Of a stretch of 35,477 nt of DNA, positions 8,186-19,000 are shown piece after piece. Origin of the DNA: a virus; the UHGV virus genome UHGV-1967114, one strand, 5' to 3'. A model generated the notes under the pieces. That model saw nothing but the letters and a program-made list of their open reading frames with translations, made no database searches and was not told the DNA's origin. The translations under genes were made by a program, and so were the position numbers. Positions within the stretch are counted from its first letter, which is position 1; the number at the start of each line of letters is the position of its first letter.

Positions 8186-10099
8186 ATGAAACTGATTTCT
8201 AATAAGGCCAAATTAAAAAAGATTCTCAGAAATGCAGCCAAATATATTACGCCACCGCCTAAACTCCTTCCTTCTGAATGGTGCGAAGCGAATCTAACGC
8301 TAGTCGATGGTCCTCGTGCTGGGGATAAAGTTAAATTACTGTCATTTCAGAAAGGCATGATTGATGCTCCTTTCCTTGAGAAGAAAAAGAAGTACGTTTT
8401 TTGTACGAGTGCGCAGATCGGAAAGACGACCATCATGTCAGGGATCATGTTTAACCAGATGGCAAACGATCCGTGCAATATCATTATCGGGCAAAGTACC
8501 GCTAAAGAAGTGGCTATGTACTTGAATACTAAGATCCGTCCTTCTATTGAAGCATGTCCGGCATTACAGGAAGTGGTAACAGATAAGAATGATCGTAATG
8601 CGGTAAACAACAATAACCAGATTCAGCTAAAAACAAACCATTTCCTTTACATGGTTTCTTTGACCAGTCCTTCAAGTTTGCGTGGGCGTACTGCCAAGTT
8701 AGGGATTGTAGACGAATGCGACGCAGCAACAATCACCGAAGAAGGTTGTCCGGTGGCACTAACTGCAAACCGTTTAACTACCTTTGGTGATGAAGCTCGA
8801 TTGATTGTTTCTAGTACCCCAACCAATAAGCTGGGAATCATTAACCAGCAATGGTTATCAAGTGATATGCGTATGTTTTTTGTTCCGTGTCCTCATTGCG
8901 GGGAACACCAGGTGATCGAGTGGGAAAACGTTCAATTTGAATGGCGTAACATCGATGGTAAGAACTTACCCGATCCTGATACCGCTCGTTATATTTGCCC
9001 CCACTGTAAGCAATCATGGACAGAAGGGGAACGAATCAGGGCAGTAGCGCAAGGCGAGTGGAGAGCAACCCGTGAAAGTGAAGTAGCAGGATTCTGGATC
9101 AGCCGTCTGTATTCACCTTTCAGTAGTATCCGCGCTTGTGTGGTTGATTTTAGTCATGCGTGGCAATCCTTTGATTTACAATCATTTTATAACACAGTGT
9201 TAGGTAAGGTATACGACGATCAGGACACGGCAGTAGAAGCAAATGAACTGGAACAACTCAAAACAGATGTTTCTATCGAGAATATCCCTGATGACGTGAT
9301 TTTCTTGTGTGCGGGTACTGACCAGCAATTAGATCGCGCAGAAACTACGATCATGGGCGTGGCAAAGGATAAGATTTATATTCTGGATCATCGCAGCTTT
9401 TACGACCATAACTGTGAACGATATGAATCTCCTGTATGGGACAGATTAATCAACTTCCATAAAACCAAATTTACTACTGTATCGGGTGATCGTGTTCCTA
9501 TGCTCGCCAGCTTCCTTGATACATCGAACGGTCGATTCACTCAAGCCGGATACCGTATTTGCGGTGGTAAGTGGAAGAACTTACACGCAATCAAAGGTAG
9601 TTCATCTGGTACTGCTCCAATCATTCCGGTGAAACCAACTACCACGGGTGGTCATGAATTGCTTATGTTGGGCGTTAACGTGGGTAAAACGGCTATTCGT
9701 GAGCTATTAACACGCAACTTGAAAGAAAACCCTCATATTGGTTTAGAGATATCAGAAACCGTTCCTGATGATTATCTCGATCAGCTTTTGAGTGAATCCA
9801 TCAAGCGTACTGTTACTGGAACACGTTGGGTAAAAAATCCAGGTGCGACACGAAACGAGGCGCTCGACTGTCTGGTTTATAGCTATGCGGCTTCTCGCTA
9901 TGTTCTTTCAAAAATGTCATGGGATAAGCTCATTGCAATGAAAGAAAAGCTGAATCGTGAACCAGAAGCAACCGTAGAAGCTCCTAAATCACATTCTAAC
10001 GAGCAAATCGAAGAAACTAAGCCAATCACTCATCACAAACCTAATCGTCGTCCTATGGCGCGTCCTGTGCGTCGTGGTGGGTGGGTAAATAACTTTTAA
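8186..10099 (+). CDS. Terminase large subunit (lambda gpA-like ATPase/nuclease)
   Basis: 637 aa; Walker A-like SAQIGKTT and Walker B LGIVDECD; CPHCGEH...CPHCKQ motif; position upstream of portal. Confidence 0.85.
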   Translation: MKLISNKAKLKKILRNAAKYITPPPKLLPSEWCEANLTLVDGPRAGDKVKLLSFQKGMIDAPFLEKKKKYVFCTSAQIGKTTIMSGIMFNQMANDPCNIIIGQSTAKEVAMYLNTKIRPSIEACPALQEVVTDKNDRNAVNNNNQIQLKTNHFLYMVSLTSPSSLRGRTAKLGIVDECDAATITEEGCPVALTANRLTTFGDEARLIVSSTPTNKLGIINQQWLSSDMRMFFVPCPHCGEHQVIEWENVQFEWRNIDGKNLPDPDTARYICPHCKQSWTEGERIRAVAQGEWRATRESEVAGFWISRLYSPFSSIRACVVDFSHAWQSFDLQSFYNTVLGKVYDDQDTAVEANELEQLKTDVSIENIPDDVIFLCAGTDQQLDRAETTIMGVAKDKIYILDHRSFYDHNCERYESPVWDRLINFHKTKFTTVSGDRVPMLASFLDTSNGRFTQAGYRICGGKWKNLHAIKGSSSGTAPIIPVKPTTTGGHELLMLGVNVGKTAIRELLTRNLKENPHIGLEISETVPDDYLDQLLSESIKRTVTGTRWVKNPGATRNEALDCLVYSYAASRYVLSKMSWDKLIAMKEKLNREPEATVEAPKSHSNEQIEETKPITHHKPNRRPMARPVRRGGWVNNF

Positions 10100-10170
10100 T
10101 TGATGCCGTCCTTCGGGGCGGCTTGCTCCTAAATATTGTTAATCCAATAACAATTAAATAAGGGGTAATT

Positions 10171-10665
10171 ATGAGTTTAGAACTAATTCCCTTAGTAATT
10201 CGTAAAGGCGAAAAAATCACGCTGGCGAATGAAGAGGGTGTAACAATTCAGGTAGGAAATAGTAAAGGTATCATTTATCAGGTTGATGACACTCCGGCTA
10301 ATCATGAGATTAAAACCTTAGATTTTGCCGAAGGTAAATATACCATCGTAACCACTTTGGAAAATGAACTGGTATCAATGCAGGAATTAACTGTTTTACC
10401 AGTATTCGCCAAACAATCCAAAAAAGAATATCTGCGGGAAACTATCGCCACCATAGAGCAAGTTATTTTCGCCAGGCTATCTGGAGACGAAGCCGCATTA
10501 TCTGCAATGACCGTGAAAGGGAATACTTTCGCCTATGAGTCATTAGGTGTTCTCCAGCAATTAAAGACTGATTATGAACGTCAGTTATCTAAACTAATTC
10601 AAGCCGAACGACGTAAACAGGGAATTAGCCCGATTAAAAATATCAAATTACGTCTTACGCGATAA
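10171..10665 (+). CDS. Hypothetical head-module protein between terminase and portal
   Basis: 164-aa ORF with RBS AAGGGGTAA; position only. Confidence 0.5.
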   Translation: MSLELIPLVIRKGEKITLANEEGVTIQVGNSKGIIYQVDDTPANHEIKTLDFAEGKYTIVTTLENELVSMQELTVLPVFAKQSKKEYLRETIATIEQVIFARLSGDEAALSAMTVKGNTFAYESLGVLQQLKTDYERQLSKLIQAERRKQGISPIKNIKLRLTR

Positions 10666-10675
10666 GGGGTAAATC

Positions 10676-12187
10676 ATGTTTAATCTTTTTCGACGCAAAA
10701 AGGCGGTAGAAACTCCAGTTAAAACTAATCACCGCCAGCAACAACCAAAAATTTTCATCGACAAATCTATAGAAAGATACCAGAAAGACATATCTAAACG
10801 TAGTTTAGGACTGGTTGGTGATCGCATTGATGGATCGCTTCAACAAGATACTATCACAGGAACCTTCAATAAGGCTCTCAAATCGAACGGTAAGCGCCTT
10901 TATGATCAGGGTCGTACTCTGGCCTTAAACACTTCCGTAGGCAGTCGCTACACGCAATACATCACCGATATGGTGGTTGGTACTGGTCTAGATCCGAAGC
11001 CGTCAGTTGTTAAATCAAATGGCAAACTTGATAGCGCACTGAATAAGCAGATCGAGAATGCTTTCTGGAAGTGGGCGCAGAATGCTAAACGCTTCTCTCG
11101 TAACGGTCGCTTTAACTTCCGTGAATTGCTGGTAATGGCTGAACGTGAGCGCGTTATGGGTGGTGAGTGCTTCATAGTTTTAACCAAAGAAAACAATGAG
11201 TTAAATGTTTCTATCCTGTCTGCTGATAAGTGCGACTGGACGCTCAACCGTGAAGTAAGCAAAGAACGCGCTATCTATCAGGGGATCGAGTATGACGTAG
11301 AAACAATGCGCCCTGTTGCATTTTGGTTTCGTAAAATCAACCTACTGACTCAGACTTACACAGGTGATAACTATCGCGTAGATGCTTCGCAAGTATGCCA
11401 TTATTATCAACCACTTGCGGCCGAATCTCTGCGTGGTGTGACTGACTTCCTGCCAGTGATCAAGGATATTGCGCATCAAGACGCATTCCGCGAAACCGCG
11501 ATCATCCAGAAACGTATTGCAGCTAGCTCTATGGGCTTTATCGAACGTCCGAAAGATTCTGGTGACGATTTTGATACTGGTGAAGAGGATGAACAATATC
11601 AAGCGCCGGAAGTAGTACAGGATTTTGCACCGGGTACTATTCAGGAATTGCCGGAAGGGGCAACGATTAAATCAATCCAAGCTACTCAATCAGGCGATGA
11701 TTTCAATTCCTTCAATGATGCGATGTTTACTAGCGTATCAATGGGCTTAGGCGTGTTCAAACAGGGCTTAACAGGAGATTGTTCACAAATCAACTACTCA
11801 GCCGCGCGTTTCGGCGAATTGCTTCAACGTAACCGTGTTAAATCGCTGCAAAACAAATTGATTGAAACAGTGGTGTTGCCAATTTTCGAAGCGTATCTGC
11901 GTCATTATTCTGCGCGTGGTATTGTTCCGATTCGTATTACTGCAATTCCACATATTATCGATAACACTACTATTATCAGGCCACGTTTCGAGTCTGTCGA
12001 TGTTATTAAAGACGTAAACGCTGATATTGCTTTAATTGATAAAGGACTTAAATCACGTACTGCCGTTATTCTTGAACGTGGTGATGATCCTGAAAAAGTA
12101 TTCTCAGAGATTCAAGCCGAAAAGAGCGCACTAAATATTATCGTTAATGGCGAGGGTGAAGAAAAAAATTCCCCAGCCGATCCCTAA
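10676..12187 (+). CDS. Portal protein
   Basis: 503 aa, immediately downstream of terminase large subunit and upstream of protease/capsid gene; acidic region typical of portals. Confidence 0.7.
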   Translation: MFNLFRRKKAVETPVKTNHRQQQPKIFIDKSIERYQKDISKRSLGLVGDRIDGSLQQDTITGTFNKALKSNGKRLYDQGRTLALNTSVGSRYTQYITDMVVGTGLDPKPSVVKSNGKLDSALNKQIENAFWKWAQNAKRFSRNGRFNFRELLVMAERERVMGGECFIVLTKENNELNVSILSADKCDWTLNREVSKERAIYQGIEYDVETMRPVAFWFRKINLLTQTYTGDNYRVDASQVCHYYQPLAAESLRGVTDFLPVIKDIAHQDAFRETAIIQKRIAASSMGFIERPKDSGDDFDTGEEDEQYQAPEVVQDFAPGTIQELPEGATIKSIQATQSGDDFNSFNDAMFTSVSMGLGVFKQGLTGDCSQINYSAARFGELLQRNRVKSLQNKLIETVVLPIFEAYLRHYSARGIVPIRITAIPHIIDNTTIIRPRFESVDVIKDVNADIALIDKGLKSRTAVILERGDDPEKVFSEIQAEKSALNIIVNGEGEEKNSPADP

Positions 12188-12232
12188 TAACCAACGGGGG
12201 CGCAATGCCCCCAATTAATTAAAGGTGATTAA

Positions 12233-14233
12233 ATGCTTAAATTTCGCCGCGATCTTAACGGTTACGGTGGAGTTATTAACGAAGGGCAGAATGATCAATA
12301 CGAATTTGAAATTGCTTTCTCCAGTGAACAGCCTTATCAGCGCCAATTCTGGGATGAGCAAAATCAAGAAATGGTGGTATTAGATGAAATTCTGGTACAT
12401 ACACCGGAAGCGGTTGATCTGTCTCGTCTGAATAATAACGCTCCGTTGCTGTTCAATCATAATTTCGATAATCACATTGGTGTCGTTTGTAACGCTCGAA
12501 TCGATGCGGATAACGTAGGTCGTGCTCTGGTTAAATTCTCCAAGCATGGCACTTTGGCTAATGATATTCGTAATAAAGTCATTGAAGGTACGATGGAAAA
12601 AATTTCTGTCGGTTATGACATTAAAGAATATCACATCGACTACACCAAAGGACAATTGATTGTTACTAAGTGGGCACCCTATGAACTCTCATTTGTCACC
12701 GTTCCCGCAGACGATACGGTCGGTTTAAATCGCTCTCTAAATACTATCACAGTTAATTTGGAGGCTAAACGCGATATGACTAAAGAACAAATCGAAGAAA
12801 TCAAAGAAGAACAAGAACCCGCTCAGGTTGAAGAAACTCCGGTAGAAGAAATTAAAGAACCGGAAGTTGAAGAAACTCAAGAGCGCCAAGTTGAAGAGAA
12901 TAAAGAAAATGAAAATCTCGAAGACGGAAAAGACGCTGAACATCCTGAAAGTGTTGATGATGATAGTTCAACTGTTCGGGAAGAAGAAGTAAAAGAAGAA
13001 CGTGAAGCCGCTCCGGTTGAAGAAGAAAAAATCGAAGAAGTGGCTGAACGTTCCGAAGAAGACGAATTAGAAATTCGCGAGATCGCTCGCGAGCTAAATA
13101 TTAACGACGAAGAATTAGAACGCGCATTGGCAGTTAAAGACATGACGCCGGAAGCATTCCGCACTAAGGCACTAAATAACATTACCAATGCTCAACGTAA
13201 TAACGAACAAATTAAGGACTCTAAAATGGAAAAAACTTTTGACCTGAACAACGTAATTCGCTCTCTGGTAGATGGTGCTGCTCTGGGTGCTAACGAAGCT
13301 GAATATTCCGCTATGGCTGCTGGTGCTGCAATGCAGCGTGGTCGTGCTGCTCGCGGTGGCTCTGTATTCGTTCCGGCTGCTGCTCTGCGTGCTGCTTCCG
13401 AAGGTAACACCAAAGCTACTCTGACCGCTGTAACTGACGAAAAACTGCTGACCGAATCCTATGTTGAAATGCTGTTGCCTCAGAGTGTTTTAGGCCGCCT
13501 CGGTGTGACTGTTCTGTCTGGTCTGAATGCTCCGATTGCTGTACCGAAAATGACTACTTCCAGCGTTGATGCTTTCGGTTTCGTTGATGAAAACGGTGCT
13601 GCACCGGAAAGCAAAGCTGAATTTGCAAACGTGAAAATGGCTCCGAAAACTTTTGCTGGTGGCAACCCGATCAGCCGTCAGTCTCTGAAAACTGTTCCGA
13701 ATATTGCTACCCTGATCACCGATCACATTAACAAATCTGTTCGGATCAAACTGGAACAACTGATTCTGTCTGATAAAGAAAATGCTCGTGGTCCGGCTGG
13801 TCTGGTTAAGCAACTGGTAGACGCGGGTCGCGTTACTAAGAAAGCCGCTTTCTCTTACAAAGACTTCCTGAAAGAAATTGCAGCACTGACCGACGCTGGC
13901 GTTCCTGCTCAGGCGATCAAGTTTGCGATGAGCGGTGCAACTGCTGCTGAACTGGAATCTACCCTGAAAGATAACGGCGTTTCCGGTTATATCATCGAAA
14001 ACGGCAAACTGGCTGGTTACGAAGTAGTTACTTCTGGTGTTATCCCGGCAGACCACATCGTTCTGGGCGCGTTCGACGGTATCACCATTGGTGAGTGGGG
14101 CGGTCTGGAACTGGATATGGACGACACTACCTACCGCGCACAGTCTGCTATCGTTCCGCGAATCTGGGTAGACCTGGATTATGTTGTTACTCAGCCGGAA
14201 GCCCTGAAAGTTCTTCACATCTCCGCTGAATGA
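12233..14233 (+). CDS. Prohead protease - scaffold-like acidic coiled-coil - major capsid protein (HK97-fold) fusion
   Basis: N-terminal motif LLFNHNFDNHIGV...SVGY...ELSFVTVPADD resembles HK97-type prohead protease (recollection); residues ~180-330 are E/K-rich; C-terminal ~330 aa capsid-like. Confidence 0.7.
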   Translation: MLKFRRDLNGYGGVINEGQNDQYEFEIAFSSEQPYQRQFWDEQNQEMVVLDEILVHTPEAVDLSRLNNNAPLLFNHNFDNHIGVVCNARIDADNVGRALVKFSKHGTLANDIRNKVIEGTMEKISVGYDIKEYHIDYTKGQLIVTKWAPYELSFVTVPADDTVGLNRSLNTITVNLEAKRDMTKEQIEEIKEEQEPAQVEETPVEEIKEPEVEETQERQVEENKENENLEDGKDAEHPESVDDDSSTVREEEVKEEREAAPVEEEKIEEVAERSEEDELEIREIARELNINDEELERALAVKDMTPEAFRTKALNNITNAQRNNEQIKDSKMEKTFDLNNVIRSLVDGAALGANEAEYSAMAAGAAMQRGRAARGGSVFVPAAALRAASEGNTKATLTAVTDEKLLTESYVEMLLPQSVLGRLGVTVLSGLNAPIAVPKMTTSSVDAFGFVDENGAAPESKAEFANVKMAPKTFAGGNPISRQSLKTVPNIATLITDHINKSVRIKLEQLILSDKENARGPAGLVKQLVDAGRVTKKAAFSYKDFLKEIAALTDAGVPAQAIKFAMSGATAAELESTLKDNGVSGYIIENGKLAGYEVVTSGVIPADHIVLGAFDGITIGEWGGLELDMDDTTYRAQSAIVPRIWVDLDYVVTQPEALKVLHISAE

Positions 14234-14254
14234 ACTCCTGTAGAACCATCTTAA

Positions 14255-14362
14255 CCTTCCCCCGATTTGGGGGAAGAAAATCTGATTCCTGAACCGGAAG
14301 AAGAATCCCAGACGGTTAAGGCGAAAGCCACAGCTAAAAAACAGCGTAAAACTAAAGAATAA
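14255..14362 (+). other. Pro/Glu-rich + Lys-rich coding module (PSPDLGEENLIPEPEEESQTVKAKATAKKQRKTKE) in the same frame as the capsid gene but separated from it by TGA and TAA; homologous to the extension after the tail tube gene
   Basis: Frame and 15-nt identical core GGCGAAAGCCACAGC shared with 20176..20301; synonymous differences preserve K/R residues. Confidence 0.4.
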
Positions 14363-14367
14363 TAATT

Positions 14368-14397
14368 AGCCCTGCCGTTATTGGCGGGGCTTTTTTG
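14368..14397 (+). terminator. Intrinsic terminator (AGCCCTGCC-GTTATT-GGCGGGGC + T6)
   Basis: Strong GC stem and T-run; near-identical copy at 20307..20336. Confidence 0.75.
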
Positions 14398-14426
14398 TAT
14401 GTAAATACTCCATAAAGGGGGTAACT

Positions 14427-14717
14427 ATGTTCAAATTATCAGAATCACAATTATCAAGAATGTTTAAGAGTGCTCCTGTATTTTCGGTGGAAGGTGGTAA
14501 ATCAATTCGTGCTTATCATGAAATTACTACTACCGACGAATCAGGGGTAATGACAGAGACAGAATTTCTATTTTGTCGTGAGGGAGACTTAAAGCAGGGT
14601 GATATTGTCACTGTAGAAAATCAGCGTTTCAAAGTTCAATACGTTAAGCGCAATGGTGATAATACCACTGATTGCTTTATTACTCTGGCAGGGGGTACAC
14701 ATGCTCGCTACCGTTAA
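14427..14717 (+). CDS. Head-tail connector/adaptor candidate
   Basis: 96-aa ORF with RBS AAGGGGGTAA directly after capsid gene terminator; position only. Confidence 0.45.
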   Translation: MFKLSESQLSRMFKSAPVFSVEGGKSIRAYHEITTTDESGVMTETEFLFCREGDLKQGDIVTVENQRFKVQYVKRNGDNTTDCFITLAGGTHARYR

Positions 14718-15123
14718 TAATATGCCTAGACTGAAAATCAAACGCGCCTTGCAAGATATTATCGAACAAGATTTAGGTCTGGCTTTAAACGTAGAACAAA
14801 CTCAGCAAGGTTTTAGTGATGACGTGGTTTGTTGGATTACTGGCATGAATGAGACTTACACTAGGGTCCGTGGTGGTAATGCAATGCAAGCTGAATGCGT
14901 TATCGAAATGCAATTATATTCTCAGATTCATGAAACAAAAATCCATGAGGGTATTTGCCAGATAATCCAGATTCAGCCGGATAACCCACGATTTAAAGAT
15001 TTGGGCTTCTCTATTTCAGATATCACTCCAGTAGCTTCTAATACCGATTATGACGATGATTCTAGTGATGGGGGTATCGTTGGGACACTTAGCCTTAAAT
15101 TTTCTTATCTAGCGCGTTTTTAA
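14701..15123 (+). CDS. Head-tail joining / tail completion candidate (start taken at ATG 14701, overlapping previous stop)
   Basis: ORF 14653..15123 trimmed to first ATG with upstream GGGGG; position only. Confidence 0.4.
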   Translation: MLATVNNMPRLKIKRALQDIIEQDLGLALNVEQTQQGFSDDVVCWITGMNETYTRVRGGNAMQAECVIEMQLYSQIHETKIHEGICQIIQIQPDNPRFKDLGFSISDITPVASNTDYDDDSSDGGIVGTLSLKFSYLARF

Positions 15124-15132
15124 GGGGTAATA

Positions 15133-15966
15133 ATGAATATTACACAAGATAACTTAGATATTTTCACTGGATCACATGTTGAAGTGTCGATCTCTAACCA
15201 GATAGACAATCAGGTCGACTTTTTCGATCCTAGCTTTAGTTCTATGGAGAACATCGCAGCATTCCCTACGCTAACCGAATCCACAGAGATAGAAACTCTG
15301 GAAGAGTACGATCAGGACGCTACGGGGAAACTTGCTGGTTATCGTAGACTGGAACCGACAACACTCACATTAAACCGTGTTCTTGACGATGAACATCAAG
15401 CAATGTTGATGAAAGCGGTAGAGGATAAAACACCTTTACGCTTCCGTATGTTCTATGTTGTGAACTCTGGCTATAGTGCTGCTAACACAGGGTACTTTTG
15501 TATATTCGATGCTTACGTCACATCACATAAAACCCGTGGTAGTGATAACAAAGCTGTAACACTGGAATTTAAACTTGAACCAGATGGCGGGATTCTAGCA
15601 AGGGGTATAGCGACCGAGGGAAAAATTCTGCGACAAGGGGATTATGGCGTAGGCTCAGGCGTTAGCCCATTCACCGGACCTATTGATAGTGAATCTCTGA
15701 CAGGAAACCGCTTCGTAACCTACAAAGGAACGGCTAGCACTAACCCTTATGGTGCTGATACATCATTAATTCACCTTCAAGCTAATGAGCATGGCGCATG
15801 GCAATTAACCTGTAATACTTCCGGTGCACCACGTTTACGTGTCCGAAATATTCAGGAAAACGGTCGCTCTGAATGGATCAAGGTATATTCCACCAATGAG
15901 AAACCGACACCTAGCGAAATTGGCGCAGTGGCTAAGACTGATAGAATCGACTTCGGTGAGTATTAA
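15133..15966 (+). CDS. Tail-tube-like paralog (N-domain related to 19702..20175) with extra C-terminal domain carrying KPTPSEIGA motif
   Basis: Shared DIFTG...LTL...ED.T...F....VT.EF...DG pattern with the gpV-like protein; C-terminal motif shared with tail fiber. Confidence 0.5.
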   Translation: MNITQDNLDIFTGSHVEVSISNQIDNQVDFFDPSFSSMENIAAFPTLTESTEIETLEEYDQDATGKLAGYRRLEPTTLTLNRVLDDEHQAMLMKAVEDKTPLRFRMFYVVNSGYSAANTGYFCIFDAYVTSHKTRGSDNKAVTLEFKLEPDGGILARGIATEGKILRQGDYGVGSGVSPFTGPIDSESLTGNRFVTYKGTASTNPYGADTSLIHLQANEHGAWQLTCNTSGAPRLRVRNIQENGRSEWIKVYSTNEKPTPSEIGAVAKTDRIDFGEY

Positions 15967-16041
15967 GATTGCTTACCTAAATAAAACATGACGCGGGGAG
16001 GTTAACGCCTCCCTTATTCCTGTTTTATGTGAGGTGATTAG

Positions 16042-19000
16042 ATGCAATCAATCCAATTTAAACGCACACAAACGGCTGGTAAAAAACCAACGCCGGAACA
16101 ATTACAGGTCGGTGAAATCGCTATTCAGATGGCAGACCATGTAATTTACACCAAAGACAAAAATAACGCAGTAGTTCAAATCAGCGTTTCCCCAGAAAGT
16201 CATAATGCTTTAAACACGAAAGTAGACAATAACAAAACTAGCACTGACCGTGTTATTGCTTCCAACAAACAAGAGGCCGCTAATAATCTGGCTAGTGCTA
16301 AAGCTGAACTGAATCAGACTATTACCACGAAAGATACAGCGACCAATAAGCGCATTGATGCTACCAACACCACTGTTAGTAACTTAACCCAGACAGTTAC
16401 GGCAAATAAAACCGATGCCGACACTAAGATCAATAACCTTACGGGGACCGTATCTGCGAATAAGACCGCAATTGAAAGAACCGTTGCCGCAAACAAATCT
16501 GATGCAGATAGCAAACATGCAGCTTTAACGAAAACGGTCACTGACAATAACACCGCGATTAACAACAAGGTTAATACCACTAACACCAACGTTAGCAACT
16601 TAACTAAAACTGTTACTGCAAATAAAACCGATGCAGATAACAAAATTTCTAGCTTAACTAGCACGGTTGCAGCTAACAAGACAGCGATCGAAAAGACTGT
16701 TTCCGACAATAAGAAAGACGCGGATACTAAGATTACCAATCTTACTGGCACTGTTAATAGCAACCATACCGCAATTAACAACAAGGTAGACCAGAATAAA
16801 TCTTCTACTGATGCCGCAATTGCAGCCGCTAACAAACGAATTGATGGTATTGAAGGTAGCAATGATGCTCTTTACATCAAGAAGAATACCAATACTAAGC
16901 ATGGTGGGTATCTGTTAAGCAAGACAGCTAACTATCTGGAAGACCAGACATCACGAGATCTTAACTACTTTGGTGCTTTCCGTACCAATGGTCAAGATGG
17001 ACTCATGGATCTAACTCTTAACGTTCCTCACTCTTCCGGTAAAGCGCACGGTCGCGGATTTACTTTCCGTTATGCATCTGGTGGATCTCGTGTTGAAACC
17101 TATGGTTTTGATAGAGAAGGACAGAAGAACTTTAGCTATAAGATGTATCACGAAGGTGATAAGCCGACTCCTGGCGAGATTGGTGCATACACCAAAGCCG
17201 AAGTTGATAAGATGTTTGTTAAAAACGTCGTTATGTCTGTTCCCAATTCTAGCGAAAACGTATCTGCATATTTCAAATTGGCAACCGCAACAATTCCACA
17301 AAACGGGCGTAGTGTGTTTTTCCGTATTCATGGTGGTAATGGTTACAACGTTACGGCATATGATCAGGTTGACGTAGTAGAAATTCTTCTGCGTAGTGGT
17401 AACGATAGACCTAAAGGTCTTAACGTAATTGCATACCGTAGAAATACAAACAAAGATTTTGAGGTATTTGCTGTCAATACTTCCGGTGATAACTATGATA
17501 TCTACGTGAAATATCAGCGTTATACCGATAACGTTATTGTCGAATATGGGAAATCTGTTTATGTAAGTTTGACGGTTTATGATACGCCGGAAGCCACGTT
17601 AATTAAACCTTCCGTTGGTGTTATCGGTGGTCGCAACGTAACTCTTTTTAATACTGAAAATAAACGTGGTGTGTTAAGTTTTGATGATAACACACAAAAC
17701 AGCTATGACATTGTTCATCTAAGTAATGATAAAGGTACTGGACGGAAATATATTCGTAAATTCCGTAGCAACTATAACGAAATGGTTTGGCATGAAACCG
17801 TTCAGGGTGCTGTATATCGTCTTGCTACTGGTGCTACAGATTCTACAGAAGTTATTAGAATTGATTCTAATAGTGCAATACCGGGTAATTATAAAGGATA
17901 TGTAATTACTGGTAAAATGGAATTGCACGGTAGTGGTAATGCGATGACTTTACATCGACAGACTGGTCAAGCTGCATATATGGCGTGGTGGGATCGTCGT
18001 GATGGTAAAAACCAACGTAGTGGTTATATCGGTCATGCGGATGGTACTAGTGATGGTTTTGTGTGGCGTAATGATGTTGGTGCTAACTCATTTGATTTGG
18101 AAGGTAGTGGACAAGTAAATTTGACTACAGGAAAAACAAAAATTGTATATACCAATGGTCAATATTATTCCGCTAACGCTGATGCATTCCGTATGATTTA
18201 CGGTAAGTATGGTGCATTCTGGCGAAATGATGGTGGTAAAGTTTATCTGTTGTCTACTGCCGAAAATGATAGATTTGGTGGTTGGAATACATATCGACCT
18301 TTTATCTACGATCTTACTTCCGGTAACGTTCAATTAGGTGGTGATGGAAACGAAGATGTATTAACTCTAGAACGCGCAAGCAAGGCCGCTCGATTCTCTG
18401 GCAACGCTTACATCAAAGGTCAACATTTAACATTTGATGCTGGTGCTGGACAATCCCGCGATTACTTCCGGTTTAACCATTGGGGCGATAGTAATAACGC
18501 TCGCGATAACATCCTACAGATTGAAGACAGTCAGGGTGCACACTTTACCACTGAACGCGCTATGGGTACTGGCAATATCACAGCACGTTTTAAAGGCTTC
18601 GTGCGTGTAGAATCCGGTGAGATTGCCTTTGATGCTAATCGTGGATCTGCGTCTCAATTTACCTTACATACATGGGGTAACGAGCAACGCAAACAGGTTT
18701 TTGAATGTAAGGATGCTACTAGTTATCATTGGTATACCGAACGTACAAACGGTGGAACTGGTCCTATCCTGTTCTCTGTTGCTGGTACATTAAAAACTGC
18801 GAGCAATATACAGGTTGGCGGTGCTGATATTGAGTTTCGTCGCAGTGGTAATAAGCATTTATGGTTTAGAGATCCGAACGGTTTAGAATTAGGTTTGATG
18901 TACTGCGATGATGCTGGTGTTATCCGCTTCCGTGGTCAGAAACAAGGTCAAACTTGGAAACTTGCTGATAAAATGATTCATCTTGAGGCGGGGACTGTCG

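Noticed and set aside
10100-10125. Hairpin GCCGTCC-TTCG-GGGCGGC after the large terminase gene as a terminator
   Set aside because: Stable stem-loop but no downstream U-tract, and the next gene follows within 45 nt in the same operon; more likely an RNA-stability or processing element.
13490-14218. 242-aa minus-strand ORF inside the capsid gene (plus other minus ORFs at 12380..13665)
   Set aside because: Antisense to a confidently assigned capsid-domain gene; no independent signals.
14231-14254. Simple double stop-codon readthrough (TGA then TAA) to explain the capsid extension
   Set aside because: Two consecutive readthrough events, including UAA, are implausible; bypass, decay or an independent origin are more likely and are listed as a finding instead.
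16314-16902. Minus-strand ORFs 16314..16862 and 16654..16902 within the tail fiber gene
   Set aside because: Product of the internal coding repeats read in antisense; hydrophobic low-complexity translation.
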